Assembly (NCBI GenBank): GCA_965287045.1
Contig: OZ336873.1
Span: 89,094,001-89,158,000, forward strand
DNA: 64,000 nt
DNA from: Carcharhinus amblyrhynchos
Taxonomy: Eukaryota
Direction of reading: 5' to 3'
Positions 35,125 to 48,180 of the stretch are shown here, piece after piece (within the stretch, counting starts at the first letter, position 1; each line of letters begins with the position of its first letter). The notes below the pieces were generated by a model, which saw only the letters and a list, made by a program, of their open reading frames with translations, was not told the origin of the DNA and made no database searches. Both the position numbers and the translations under genes were made by a program.

Positions 35125-37565
35125 GCAGGAAACAACTGAGTGCACTAGACACAGCAAAAACTATTGGCCCTGAGAATGTCCGAACGGTAGTGAGACCTGT
35201 GCTCCAGAGCTAGCTTTGCCTTGAGCCAAGCTGCCTCAGTAGTGTTCTACAACAGTATAGTCCTACAGCACTAGCATCTAACTGATGAGGTGGAAAGGTA
35301 TCCCGGTCCTATGCAAAAAAAGCAGGGACACTCTAATCCAACTAATATTATCCTTCTCTCAATCATCAGCCACACGATAGAAGGTGCTTTTAAACACCAC
35401 TTAAACATGAATTACCTATGCTCACTAATGCTCCGGACCTCATTAAAGCCTTGATCTAAACATGGACAAAAGGGCTAAATTTCAAGGGCTGGATTTAACA
35501 CTCCTTTGCCCGCAGACCGAAAGACTGGAGGAGTGGGGCACATTAAATCCATGGGATGAACTGCCTGCTCTCTACCTCCAGCCCTCCCTCCCACCCCATC
35601 CTACCACACCCCACCCCCACCCATGCCAAGAAGTCATCCCGGCAGGTTTACTTCTTTGGACAGGTGGTGGGGGAGCATCCTTAACTGGTCCCCAGGGTCC
35701 AAAAGGGAGTCCCCGAGGTGTAACCAGTCCCTTTATCCTACTCAAGTTGCCCGCCCCCATTGCCTCTCAAACCACAGCCCCCACTCCCCTCACCGATTCT
35801 CAACGCTCACAAAGTTCCAATCCATCATAGCTCTCTTCTTCATCACCCAAATGCCAAAGTGCAGTACCCACATAATTCAGCCCCACAGGTGAGGTGAGAA
35901 TGACAGCCTTTGAAATCAAGACAGCATTTGCCTCAGTGTGACACCAAGAGGCTCACTATAAATGTTTCACAGACTGGAAACATACCTAGCACAAAGGAAA
36001 ATGGTTGTGGTTGTTACAGTCCAATCAGCTCACCCCCGCCTCCCCCCACCGCCCTCACCAACATAACTGCAGGAGTCCCTTCAAGCACTTTCCTAGATTC
36101 AATCATCTTCAACTGCTTCATCATTGACCTTTCTTCCATTATTAAATTAAAAGTAGGAATTTGTACATTGTTAGTGTCGTTAGCATTCCTCAGATTCTGT
36201 GCAGTTTGTTTCTGCCTGTATCAAGACCTGGACAACATTCAAGTTTGGGCTGATAACTATTTGAACTACACATTTGAACTACACAAGTGTCAAGCAATGA
36301 TCATCTCCAGCAAGAGAATGTCTAATTGAGGAAAAGCTTTTTGAATGCACTGCCTGAAAGGGTGGTAGAGGCAGGAATTTAAGAATCACAACATTTAAGA
36401 AGTATTAGAAGAGCACTTGAAATGCCATAGCATACAAGACTGCGGACCAACTGCTGGGAAACGCCATTAGAATAGATTGTTGCTTGTTGGCTAGCATAGG
36501 CACAATGGGCCAAAGGGCCCTTTTCCATGCTGTAAAACCCTGTGACTCTATAATTATCTCTGCTTGATATTCAATGTCATTACTATCATTGAATTCCCTA
36601 CCATTAACATCCTCGTCGTCACTATTGGCTACAACATCCTAGTGATCACTACTGATCAGAAGTTTAATGAGATCAGTCATATTAACATTCTAGCTCTAAG
36701 AGCATTTCACAGTCTGTGTATTCTGTGATGAATGACTCACTTGAATAGAATTTTCCAGCCGTTCACACCAACGGCATTTTCCAGTCCCACCAACAGCACA
36801 ACTCCACCACAGGATTCTCAGCAATGAGGGGTGCATTCAACAGCAAACCTCACAACACTTAGAACATATTTAGATGTGCACTTGGAACAAGGCCAACAGA
36901 CTCATGGGAACCTGCAAGCAAAACACAGCCATGACTTGAAACCTTATTTCTGTTCCTATAATGTTGGGGCCAAAAGATCCCACCACCAGCCAATGGTGGG
37001 CTGCCTCTACCAACACGAAACACAGGATGGATTGTGTGGAAAATCCTGCTCACTTTCTAATTTCCTAAAGCCCCTCCATTACCAGCAAGGCATAAGTCAG
37101 GAATGCGACGGAATACTCCCCACTTTTCTTAGCGAGAGGAGTGTCACCAACACTCAAGAAACTCAACATGACAAAGCAGCTCACTTGATCAGTACCACAC
37201 CCCACAACATAATACTCACTGCTCAACCACCTATGATAGTTGCAGAAGTCTATACCATATACAGCATACACAACTCGCCAAGCCTCCTTCAAGCGCACAA
37301 TCCAACAATGTGATTCCTGTTCATCTATAAGAACAAGAGCAACAGGCTCAAACAGGAATCTCCGAGCAACGCATGATCCTGACTTGCATCTCCTTCACCG
37401 CAGCTTGGTCAAAATCCTCAAATATTGTCCCTAACATTTCCGGAGGTGTACTGGATCACAGGGACTGCAGCATGTTCAGTGAGCAGCTGACCACCTCCCT
37501 CGTGAGGACAATTAGGAATGGTGGCCTTGCCAGCAACCCTCACAGCCCATGTACAAATATTTAAA
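35125..37565 (+). mobile_element. CR1/L2-group LINE ORF2 relic with nested insertions
   Basis: LSALDTAKTIGPENV..TCAPELA, ITAGVPSSTFLDSIIFNCFIIDL, QDLDNIQVWAD..F..HKCQAMIISSKR, and 3' end GGCCTTGCCAGCAACCCTCACAGCCCATG. Nested MITEs at 35486-35884 and 36745-37050, and a CR1 3' end at 36330-36552. Confidence 0.8.
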
Positions 37566-38596
37566 ATAATGGTTAGAACGAATTGCTTGTGTAGAGGTGA
37601 AGATGTGACATATACCAACAGGGCTGAATGGTCTATTATAGTTTTGTGATTTCCATGTTATTCTATATAGCCAGTATACAAAGAGTTCATGTTGCATTTG
37701 ACCTGGAAATGCTTGATCGAAAATCATATTCATTCTGAATCGATCTCTGCTGCGTCTGACTTGGAAGTGTTTTTGGAACAGCTGAACCCAACACATGCTG
37801 TATCTGAAGTACGAATATTTGATGAGACAAAATAAAACAGCTTTATGCTGTCCCTAACTTATATCTGGGTGAATAGCAGAGATGCCCTTTTAGAGGAGTT
37901 AGATTGGTACATGAGGGAGACAAGACATGGAAATACGCCAGGAGCATTAGCAAAAATAATGTGGGAGGAGACTTATGTAGAACACAACTATCAGCACAGT
38001 CCAGCTGCACTGAATTAAATGACACAAATATAAAGAGAAAAGAATATAGGTAATTAATATCTTTTGGAGAACTATAAATTATCTTTCTGAATTATTTTGC
38101 AGCAAAAAGCTCCATGTAGAATCCCATCACTCTTCATTGTCATTCTGATAGGTGTATGTATGTGGGTAAGCCTCTTACAAATAAAACGATTTGAGGATTA
38201 AAATGTCCCATTTATTCCTAAATGCTCTTTGTTCCATGGAAGAAATTCACTCTAATTTTATCTCTCACCATGTAGAAATATGCTTGGTGTGTCGAGGAGC
38301 CACCTCTATGCATGGGCTTTGCTTCGCACATTGTATTCACATTCCATGCCAGCATCAAATACACCTGTAAATGCAAGCTTTGGATTAAAAGAATTTCTGC
38401 AAAAAATGTTACATACAATTTTCTCTTTCCTCCTGGTGCCACAGAGGTATGTTTTTATTTGCACTGGCCAACCTCCATTATCTTACTCAAGTGGCTATTC
38501 TGAACCTAGAGAACATGTATTAAAAGGCTATTCCATCGGGGAGAGCATTGCAGCTAGACCAAATTATTTGCTACTAAACCACTGCACTTCCCCCCC

Positions 38597-38728
38597 NNNN
38601 NNNNNNNNNNNNNNNNNNNNNNNNNNNNNNNNNNNNNNNNNNNNNNNNNNNNNNNNNNNNNNNNNNNNNNNNNNNNNNNNNNNNNNNNNNNNNNNNNNNN
38701 NNNNNNNNNNNNNNNNNNNNNNNNNNNN
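38597..38728. other. Assembly gap (132 N)
   Basis: Run of N directly after a poly-C tract. Confidence 1.
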
Positions 38729-39321
38729 AACTCATTAACCAAGACAACTGAGGTAAGTTGTAACATACTAACTCCTGATTCAGCTAAAGTTATCTAATTC
38801 AGCACCATGTTCTCAACTAGTGCTAAAAATCTGAAATCATTATACCCCAACATCACACTCAAGACAACCCAGTTTTGGCTTGACTGCATTGGTTTGACTC
38901 AGTCAACTCCATTTATAAATAGGGCTACTGCCAGTGAGCTGAAGTACCTGCCTGTTTCAGATGATGGGCCCATTTTATGACATAAAGATAAAATTAAATC
39001 TTAATTGGAGTTCCCCTTTTGGCTAAGCTCAAACATCAGATCAAGCCCAAGATGGGGTGTAATGCCTTTTCTTGTCAGCTTGGATCTTGTTTGTCTGTCT
39101 TGTGGGCACCATAAATTGGATTCAATTTAAATTTGCATTTGCTTTTTTGAGAAAGCAGGGAATAGACTTGGGTTTGCCCAGTCCATTTTGAACATTGGTT
39201 TTATAACTTTAAGGATGGAGTTAAAAAATAATAAAAATTTAATTTGGAGCTCTGGAGTTCATAGCACCTAAAAACTGGTGTTATCAGCCCAATTTCTCAG
39301 GTAAATAAAGCTCAATGGAAT

Positions 39322-42078
39322 TGTAGTGTAGAGGATTAATACATACAGCCAATCAAACCACCAATGACGTAATATCATATTGCAACAGAGTATGCTGAGA
39401 GACAGTACTATGCAAAGTCTTGTGCTAATCCTTATCCTATACATAGAAGAATCTTTAATGAAAGTTAAATTTTACCAACCGCCTTGTCTCCAGCAGTCTC
39501 AATCAATTTTAAACAAGGATAACCTCAGCAAAGGTGCATAACAATGATAACAGCATGAAAGGCAATGGGAAAAATACTGAGTAAATGGCCCATTAAGCCA
39601 AAAGCAGCAAACCAAACAATTGCAAGCAAAGGACAGTATGGAAGCAATTAAAGGAAAGGCTGGAATGAGGAAAGCCGTGGAGAGAATTTTCCCCTGACCA
39701 GAATGCTTTGAACATACCAAGGGCCCAGATCACTCCATGAAGTGACAGAACTGGCATTGTAGGTTTACTCACTACAAAACCATTAGCAAAGAACAGCTCA
39801 GTATCCTTAAGTGACGTAATGGTCAGTCAGGGCATAAATTAAGAAAGGGTGACATATGAGATGTTTTTGATACATATTTCAGTCTTTAAAGGAACAAAAT
39901 CTTTGAAAGGGCGAAGTTCAAATAGACAAACCCAAAGACTGTGAAAGAGCATAGATTCCTTTGTTAATGATTTATATTGACTAACTAAGATCTTTTAAAA
40001 GTTTATCCATTTATGGGATGTGGATATTATTAGCAAAGCCAGCATTCATTCGTATGTGATCCAAAATCAAGAGTGTTAACTTTAAGATGAAAAACATGTA
40101 CAGATCTACAACTCATCAATAGATGAATTGGGATAAACAGAGGGAATTCAGGACAGAACTTTCAAACTTATTTAGAGGTCCAGAAAAGACTAAAAAGTGC
40201 TCGGAAGAAGGAGCACCAGAATCGAATTGAATCAAGGGCAAATCTTCACAAAACCAGGCAGAAGATTTCCATAAACCACAGATGAAGGAATCACAATTTA
40301 ATTAGCAGGAATAGCAGCTTGCATCAGCAAGAAACATATGGGCAAACATGAGCACGAGAACAAGAGAGACGAGACTGCACAAGAGAACATCAATTCTATT
40401 GAAGATCTGGAGCCGTACACTTCATTAACCTTAAATTTTCTACAGCAACAACACAGAGGCTTAATAAAATTCAAAAGATGCAAAAAGCAGTTGAAGAATG
40501 TGCTCAAAAACAGGAACACAGTGTCAAAGGCTAGAATACATTCCAAATAATCTCATCTTGAAGCAATACTTCGATTAATGAAGACATCTCAGCGTCATAG
40601 ATGACGTGCTGTTTTAGTATGAGATTGATCAAATCTAAAGTCCTCTGACTCGAGATCCTTCGGAGAATACACCAGAGACATCTAGTCATTAGAAAGTATA
40701 ATGCTAGAGCACAGAATTCCATTTGGTGGCTAAGAATCTCAGAATTATTGCAAAGAATGATTTCAAACTATATCACCTATGCAATCAATCACTGCGAACA
40801 AAGAGAACCACTGATAGTATCCTCACTTCCACCCAGACTGTGGGAATGTCTCAGAATGGATCATGTTGAGCTCAAGGGGAAGGCATGCCTCATAGTTGTT
40901 GACAATTATCTAGGATAATGTTACTGGCAACAACTTGGAAGCTGTCATTATAGTACAAAAATAAATTTTTGCTACACACAACATTCCAGAGTTAGTCATT
41001 TCAAACAATGGCCCACAGTTTGCCAACAAATATTTTAAGTACTTCACAGTAGCCCATGGGTTTGTCCTCATGATGGGTTCATCCAGATACCCACAAGCTA
41101 ATGGGAAGACCAAATGAGGAATAAGAAGGCTGAACTATTTGTTGAAGAGAAATGAAGGTATCAATTTAGCACTGCTGCGCTATCATTGCACATTATTTCG
41201 GAATGATCCAGCTCCATCTGAACTTCTAATAGGATGATGACTCTAGACTCAACTTCCTGTTCTTGAGCACCAGCTATGCCTCAAAGCAACAGATGTAGAG
41301 AGAATACGGGAGAAGGAGGGTGACTGTCACACAAATCAAATCAGAAATTCTATTCAGTGACATACAGCTGGCATGGCAGCAAAGGTAGCTCGTCATTGGC
41401 TGGTGGTGGGTTGTTCCAGTCCTGCCAGTGTTTATGGCATTTAGCACGGCTCACCCATCATGCTGCTGGAAACCCACCACCAGAAGTCCCTTCAATGGGA
41501 CAGGAAAGTCCTGCTGGCAGGAGGAGCCAGAAAATCCCGTGCATCAAGCACATTATGAGAACACATCTTGTAGAAACTGAAAATAGAATTGTGAAAAGAA
41601 ACAGAAGTTATGCCCACAAGAAGAAAACCTTCAATGGAATGGACCAGTTACCCACTAGATCAGGCAGACAACCTGAAGAGGTAGTCAGTATTCCCTGATA
41701 GTTCACACATTTCTCCATTGGATTTGAGAGAGAACATTGACAACTCAAATGACATACATTTCCCAAAAGAGCTGAGAAAACAAGGCCAGGGAGAATGGTG
41801 AAACCACTACAATGGTTATCTCAGTGTGCCAGGGATGAGGGCAGAGACTTCAGGGAGAGATTTAGGTTAATGTAAATAATGTATTTAATAGAGTCAGAGA
41901 CTTAAGTGAAGCTGTAATATAAAGGGTCAATGTAAATAGACAGTCTACATCAACAATGAAGTAAGACCATATGACAACAGAGTATGCTGAGAGCTAGTTC
42001 AATAAAAATTAAAGTTTATCAACAGTCTTACATCCAGCAGTCTCCATTGATCCTACTAAGGATAAATTCAGTTACAAC
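39322..42078 (+). mobile_element. Internally deleted Gypsy element retaining both LTRs
   Basis: LTRs ~39322-39543 and ~41913-42078 share CAACAGAGTATGCTGAGAG (39383, 41975) and CCAGCAGTCTC. Integrase WWL.IS, VVDNY, PELVISNNGPQF, SRYPQANG. Purine tract before the 3' LTR. Confidence 0.8.
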
Positions 42079-42385
42079 CCATAATGATGAGAACAGAGGA
42101 AGATGCCAACCCCTTCTGGGCTGTAGCATGAAATGCAACTATCAGGATTATATAATACTTGTGTAAGAACAACTAGAATTTTGTTCAGTTCCTTCGAGGG
42201 ACAGATTTCCAAATGACATTAAATGTACAGGTAGAGTTCTTGACAGGTAGAATGATGATCCCAGCTACCTTCATTGTTAAAAGACCAGAATATTGCAGTT
42301 ACTGGAAATCCAAAATTAAAAACAGAAATTGCTGGGGAAAAGGACTCAGCAAATTAGGCAGCGTCTGTATAAAGACAAGAACGTA

Positions 42386-45125
42386 GGGCAAAATCTTCCG
42401 TCCTGGACTCCAAGGGTAGGATTTTCTGGCCACGCTCGCCACAAGGCCAGAAAATCCCGCCAAAGTAATTTCCCCACCTGCTACAAATCCCGTGGTGGGC
42501 GAGACGCTAAAATTCTGCCCAAGTCCATCAGTGGGCCGTGAGGCTGGAGCAATTACCGCTGTGCTGTAAGACAACTGAACATGGGTGACCTTCTGCTGTT
42601 CAGCTCATTAATTATGCATCCAGGAGGAACACTGTGCATCTTGTGCTGATGCGGGCAGGAAGTTATTTTCCCACTATTACTTCATGGGATCAAAGATCCT
42701 GGTGCCATATCTGAAGGGAGAGACGTACCCTCAGTGCAGACTAAGAGTTTCATATTAATGGCCTTACAAAGTCCTTCTGCAGATTATGAGCAACCTCATC
42801 CCAGGGCATATAGCGGCATTTCTTGCATTGCCTAGTGCACATTTCTAGATAAGATCACCACCTGCAATACACCTATGGTCGAACCAAAGCTCAAAGTTGC
42901 ATTGTACTCTATTTGCCAGCATCTGGACCTTCCTGAAGTTTCACTGCCTCTTGCTGCTCAGGTGCTGCTCCTTCTGGCCCTGTGCCAAACTGTGGTGGGT
43001 CTTCCATCTCATCCTCTGGGTGAGAGCTAATACAAAGGCAGGGTGCCTAATGTCTACATCATTGATGCCTCAGAGGATTTGTGAATGAATTGTAGTGATG
43101 TATTTACTGAGAATATCCTTTCTATTTTTCCCTCCCATCTCAAAGTCGGCAGGCCAGTGCTAGCCCTTTCTCTGGCATCCGTTTGGACACGAGATCCACA
43201 CCCCACCCCTTCCAGATGAAAGACAACCTGAAGGATCAGAGACTGGTGTTCTTCCATTTCACACATGACTGCGAAGAAAAATATTGCTCTTTGACTAGAG
43301 TAATGGGAGAAGCCTTCCTCTAACACTATCCACTTTCCTAAAAACTCTATAGAGACACCATTTCCTTGAACGATGGAAGGATTACTCACATGAATCCCTG
43401 TCAGCCATGACCATTTATCTGGAAGGACAGTTTGTTGTCACCAATTGGCTGCAATCTACAGCTATGCCCCTTGGAGGCATCCACTTCCATCCTTCCCTCA
43501 TCCCTGCTTCTGACTTCAGGCAATAGCAAATGGCACAGAATGAACGACAGCTTCAAACCTTACTGCAGTCTCAATGCTTGAGACCCATGGTTCCAGAACA
43601 AACCCGCTGCAATGTAGGCTTCATCAAAAAGAAGAGAACATAACTGAGCATGATTGACATCCAGTTCCCTCATAATTATTAGGGTATTCCTTAGTCAGCC
43701 ACTTGTGCTGACCTTGAACTTAATGTACCCGGAGGATCTCACTTACTGAGTCACTATGTGGTCAAGGTCAGATTTGAAAAATAGTGCACTCCATGTTTCA
43801 AACTTTCTCTCACACCTTCTTCCCCCCCCCCTTCTCACCTACCAACATCCTCCCCATTATACTGATCCACCCAATATCACCATTCCTCTCCTCTCTGTCA
43901 CCCTTGAACCTCTCTCTGTTACCCTGGACCATATTACAATCCACCTGCACATGTCTTCCCTCCCCTCAGAGCTGACACCCACTATCCTCCCCTTGCCCAC
44001 CCTGACCCTGTCCCCTCTCATTATCTGAACCACCACACTAATCTGCCTACAAGGCCCCTCTATGACTCATTGGCCAACCAGATTCAAATATTGTACCTGT
44101 CATCTTAATATATTGCACTCCCCTCTTTGGCTGTGACTGTTCCCTCTTCTTACAATTTCCCCAGAAGCTGACCATTGACACCATTAACCTTCTCTTATGC
44201 CCAGGCAATCTCTCACCCATCTTCTCTGGGCATTCTGCTTCACCTCCTTCTTGTCTTCCCCACTTAACCTGCCTTTTATCTCAAGCCTTTACTCCATTAT
44301 ATGTTTCAATGGTTTTGTCCAGAGTATGTACTGGATAAATGGGTATGGAAATGTCGTAAGTTAGCATGGAAGCTATGAGGAACCATGGGGGTGGGTGGAG
44401 GCATAGGTTAACATGGAGGTTATTTTGCACTACGGAGGTGGGTAGAAAGGCATAGTTTGGCAAGGGGCATGGACTTTTGAACTTCATTGAAGTATAGAAT
44501 TCCTACAGTTCAGGGGGAGGCCATTCAGCCCATCGAGTCTGCACCGACCACAGTCTCATCTGGCCCTATCCCCATAACTCCATGCATTTACCCTAGCTAG
44601 ACCCCTGACACTATGGGACAATTTAGCATGGCCAATCCACCTAAACCACACACCTTTGGACTGTGGGAGGAAACCAGAGCACCCAGAGGAAACCCACGCA
44701 GGTACAGGGAGAATGTGCAAACTCCACACAGACAGTGACCCACGCCAGAATCGAACCTGGGTCCCTGGCTCTGTGAGGCAGCAGTGCTAACCACTGTGCC
44801 ATCATGCCACCCCAAACTTGCCTTTCAAAAGGCTCCCTTATCTGGATTATGGTTCACGAGCCCTCTGAGGGGCTGTGAAGCACAAGTTCTTGAAAAACTA
44901 TCCTGACTCCATGAAAATTATGGAGGGTAGGAAATGCCTATCCTCACATTGGAGCTAGTCTGGTCAGACGTACAGAGTATTGGGCTCATGACCCTCATTA
45001 GATCACTGATGTATCCCACAGTGAAAACTGGGGTCAGCGAAAGAGGCCAGGAATTCTGGAATCAGATCCCGGCTGCCACTTTTAAAGATTTGTCGATTCT
45101 CCCCAACTCTGCAGAAAATCCAGCC
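42386..45125. mobile_element. Decayed Harbinger-like element inserted into a short inverted-end repeat (halves at 42296-42385 and 45126-45205)
   Basis: Ends GGGCAAAATCTTCC / AGAAAATCCAGCC. Flanks AAACAGAAATTGCTGG..CTCAGC and GAGGTTTTTCCAGCATTTTCT are mutually inverted. Weak Myb-like RTNPLQCR at ~43600. Confidence 0.5.
44493..44813 (-). mobile_element. HE1 (V-SINE), CR1-type tail
   Basis: Complete head, V-core and tail. Confidence 0.92.
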
Positions 45126-46374
45126 TATTAACACTCTTTCTTGACACAAATATTGCTTAACCGGCCGAGGTTTTTCCAGCATTTTCTAATTTCTGTTTCA
45201 GATCTTAATTGTTCTATAATTAGTGTTGCATTTACTTCTATTGAGAGTATGAGACCTGAAATTATTCTTGATGATTACAGAGGACAAAAACTCAGCAGGT
45301 TCCTGCAACTTCTTTGTTTGGAATATCAATAGAAGTGTTAATACATTTTATTTAAATAGCTTATTGTCGCGATGAGAGGGGAGCAGTATTTCAAAACAAT
45401 ATTGATAACATCAACTTTTTTCTACTAATGCTCTTTTTATCCAGTATTCTTTTAGTTAAACTTTTAATTTCATTTAATTCAGGATAGAACAATGTGCCTA
45501 TTGTTCTGTTAAATACATCCCTTTCCAGATTAGATTTGAGATAGGAGATTATGAACACTTCCCTCAGTTTCAACTCAACATGCACCATTAAGCCAATCTG
45601 CACTGAATCTTCAACGACAACAAAGCGCAAACCTTCTTAATAAGTGTAACTAACAACAGGAACTGAAGAAGTGGAAATACAATGAACACTGTAAATCTTC
45701 CTTCACCGGCTGTCCTCAAAGTACCCTGTTCAGAAAAGCCAGCTGGACAGTGAAAGACCTTCTTCAGATTTGCTAACAGTATTCAAGGCCTGTGGAGGTT
45801 TAAGAGCCACTAAGAAGAATTGTAATCATGCAAGGAAACAAGGCCATCAAGCATGTCAACCAACAACAATGTAATCCTAAATGGAAAGTAAGGAATATGT
45901 TAGCAAAATTTGGGAAATTAAAAGCCTCCCGAATCAGGAGGAAAAAAATGGATTGGAAAAAAATTTGCTTGGGTCAGGAATCTGTCAAGAATTCCTTCAC
46001 ATCCGATAAATGTAGACAGAGAGCATATTTAAGAGAAAAAGAGGAAGCGAGGAAACAGCTAAATTATGAATGCCAAGGATTAATTGGATCTGTTACACTC
46101 TCCATTTAAAATAAATGCAATGAATACATCATAGTAATAGCAGTTTATATTGAACAGGGAATGGAACTGAGCCAAGTAACCCTTGGCAATCATAAAGGAA
46201 ACGCTTATCTTAGATTTTTCTTTAACTCTCTGTCTAGTTCCATCAACAATAAAGTGGTTTGAGTTTCTGAAGAAAAACCAAGGCTATCCATTATTTTAAG
46301 ACAGTTTTGTGTAGATAATTTTATTTCTTACCAAACATTGAGAAGTTTTGTAACAGATCACATTATGGGTTGAA

Positions 46375-47203
46375 TTCCTTTTTATCCAGTCACAAGATTT
46401 GGGCGTCATTGGCTGCCAAATCCAAGTTGACAATGCCTAACTGCCCTTGAGAAGGTGGTAGAGAGTCAATTTGTTGAGCCACTGCCATCTGTATGGTAAA
46501 GATACTATCATGGTTCCGTTAGGGCCGGGATTTCAGGATTTCTTTCAGCGCTGTTGAAGGAAAGATGATGGCTGGAATTCTTCATCTGTGTATGCCAGCG
46601 GGATTTTCCGGTCCGTCCAGCAGCGCATACAATGGTAGAAGTAGTGTTTGCAGCCACCTTCACATCCGTATTTCTGATGATGACCGCTCGTTTTGTAGCA
46701 ATGGGATTCTGTAGTTAAGAATGGCTAAGTCAATATCTCCATTCTTTTTCATCAATTCATTGATTTTTCAAACTCCTCATTCTGCTGGTCTGTTCACCCG
46801 AGGATATCTAGGCAAACTAGTCACACACATGAAACCATATTCCCGTACAAAGTGGTGGAATAGTTTCTAGCAATCAGAGGATCATTATCTGACACCACAA
46901 TGTCTGGGATGCCATGGGTAATGAAGATGGTGTGGGATGGCATCAATGGGAGTTCCCCTTCACTTTTTGTTCAGAGAATCCCACCGCTAGCAAACAATGC
47001 ACCACCTCCCACCAGTGGAAAACATGTAACTAGGAGTCTACAGAATCTTACCTAATATATTTCCAAGGCAGGTTAGTGTGTGATTTGGAGGGAAATTTGC
47101 AGTTGATACTGTTCCCATGCACCTTTGTCTTTGCCTTTCTCGGTGGCAAAGGTCATGTGTTTGGGAAATGCTGACGAAGAGGCCTTGGTGAGTTGTTGCA
47201 GTG
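46375..47203 (-). mobile_element. LINE 3' end (35125 family) split by a MITE at 46570-47052
   Basis: CCTAACTGCCCTTGAGAAGGTGG and GTGTGATTTGGAGGGAAATTTGCAG..TTCCCATG on + flank the MITE. Confidence 0.7.
46570..47052. mobile_element. Harbinger-type MITE carrying a ~297-bp inverted copy of 47633-47930
   Basis: MITE ends GGCTGGAATTCTTC / CAGAATCTTACC. 46631-46927 is the reverse complement of the neighbouring Gypsy integrase fragment. Confidence 0.85.
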
Positions 47204-47211
47204 TTATTGTT

Positions 47212-47415
47212 GGCAGTCAGTTGGTTTAGTTGGCTGGATGGCTGGTTCATGATACAGTGCGACCCCAGAAGCACAGGCTCAATTCTTGCACTGGCTGAGG
47301 TTATTTGTGAAGGCCTTTTCAACCTTGCCCCTTGCTTGGGATGTGATGATCCATTAAATCACCATCCTCAAAGGGGGGAGCAGCCAATGGTCATCTGTGA
47401 CTATGGTGACTTTGT
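47212..47415 (+). mobile_element. tRNA-derived SINE (third family)
   Basis: TAGTTGGCTGGATGGCTGG head, GGCTCAATTC B-box-like motif, tail GGTCATCTGTGACTATGGTGACTTT. Confidence 0.7.
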
Positions 47416-47434
47416 TTTTTTTATCGTATGTGAG

Positions 47435-48140
47435 TAGAGAGTAACCAACAGCAGAACAAACCATTGGCGCCCTCCACTTCCCCTGTGAGGCCATGGCAGT
47501 GACTAGGAATAGATTTATTTGAGTCTAAAGGCAAAATTTTCGACATTGTCATTGACTACTACTTCAGATGGTTTGAAGTAAGTAGACTGCAGAGCACCAC
47601 AGCAAAGGCAGCCATTACAAGGCTAAAAAGAGTCTTCATTACACATGGCATCCCGGACAGTGTGGTATCAGATAATGATCCTCCGATTGCTAGAAACTAT
47701 TTCGCCACTTTGTGCAGGAATATAGTTTCATGCATGTGACTAGTTTGCCGAGGCATCCTCGGGTGAACAGAGCAGCAGAAAGAGGGGTTCAAAAAAATCA
47801 AGGAACTGATAAAAAGGAATGGAGATATTGACTTAATCATTCTTAACTACAGAATCTCACAGCTATAAGACGAGTGCTCATCATCAGAAATGTTGATGGG
47901 AAGGTGGTTGCAAACACTCCTTCCAGCTTTACAACAAATACTACAACTAACAGTACCTCAGGTGATCAGGAGAGAAGTGAGAAACATGAGAAGCAATAAA
48001 GAGAAAATCAAGCTTGTAATTTCAACTTCAGGTACATAGCACAAGCCTTGAAAGTGCTACAGCCCTGGGGAAGAGTATGGAGATAAAATCAACAGAAAGA
48101 AGGCAGTGTAAAATAAACATATCAGAAGAAACCCAATTGA
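47435..48140 (+). mobile_element. Gypsy integrase fragment
   Basis: RPWQ*LGIDLF, FITHGIPDSVVSDND, VTSLPRHPRVNRAAERGVQ, LIILNYR, SSEMLMGR. Frameshifted. Confidence 0.85.
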
Positions 48141-48180
48141 ACCTTGAACATAATATTTAAATCCAGATTAAATCGACAAT

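Noticed and set aside
37512-37806. Minus-strand 94-aa ORF with an upstream acceptor-like site and several CpGs
   Set aside because: It runs into LINE sequence, has no convincing donor, and the peptide is unrecognised.
38280-38766. ORFs spanning the N run
   Set aside because: Artefacts of the assembly gap.
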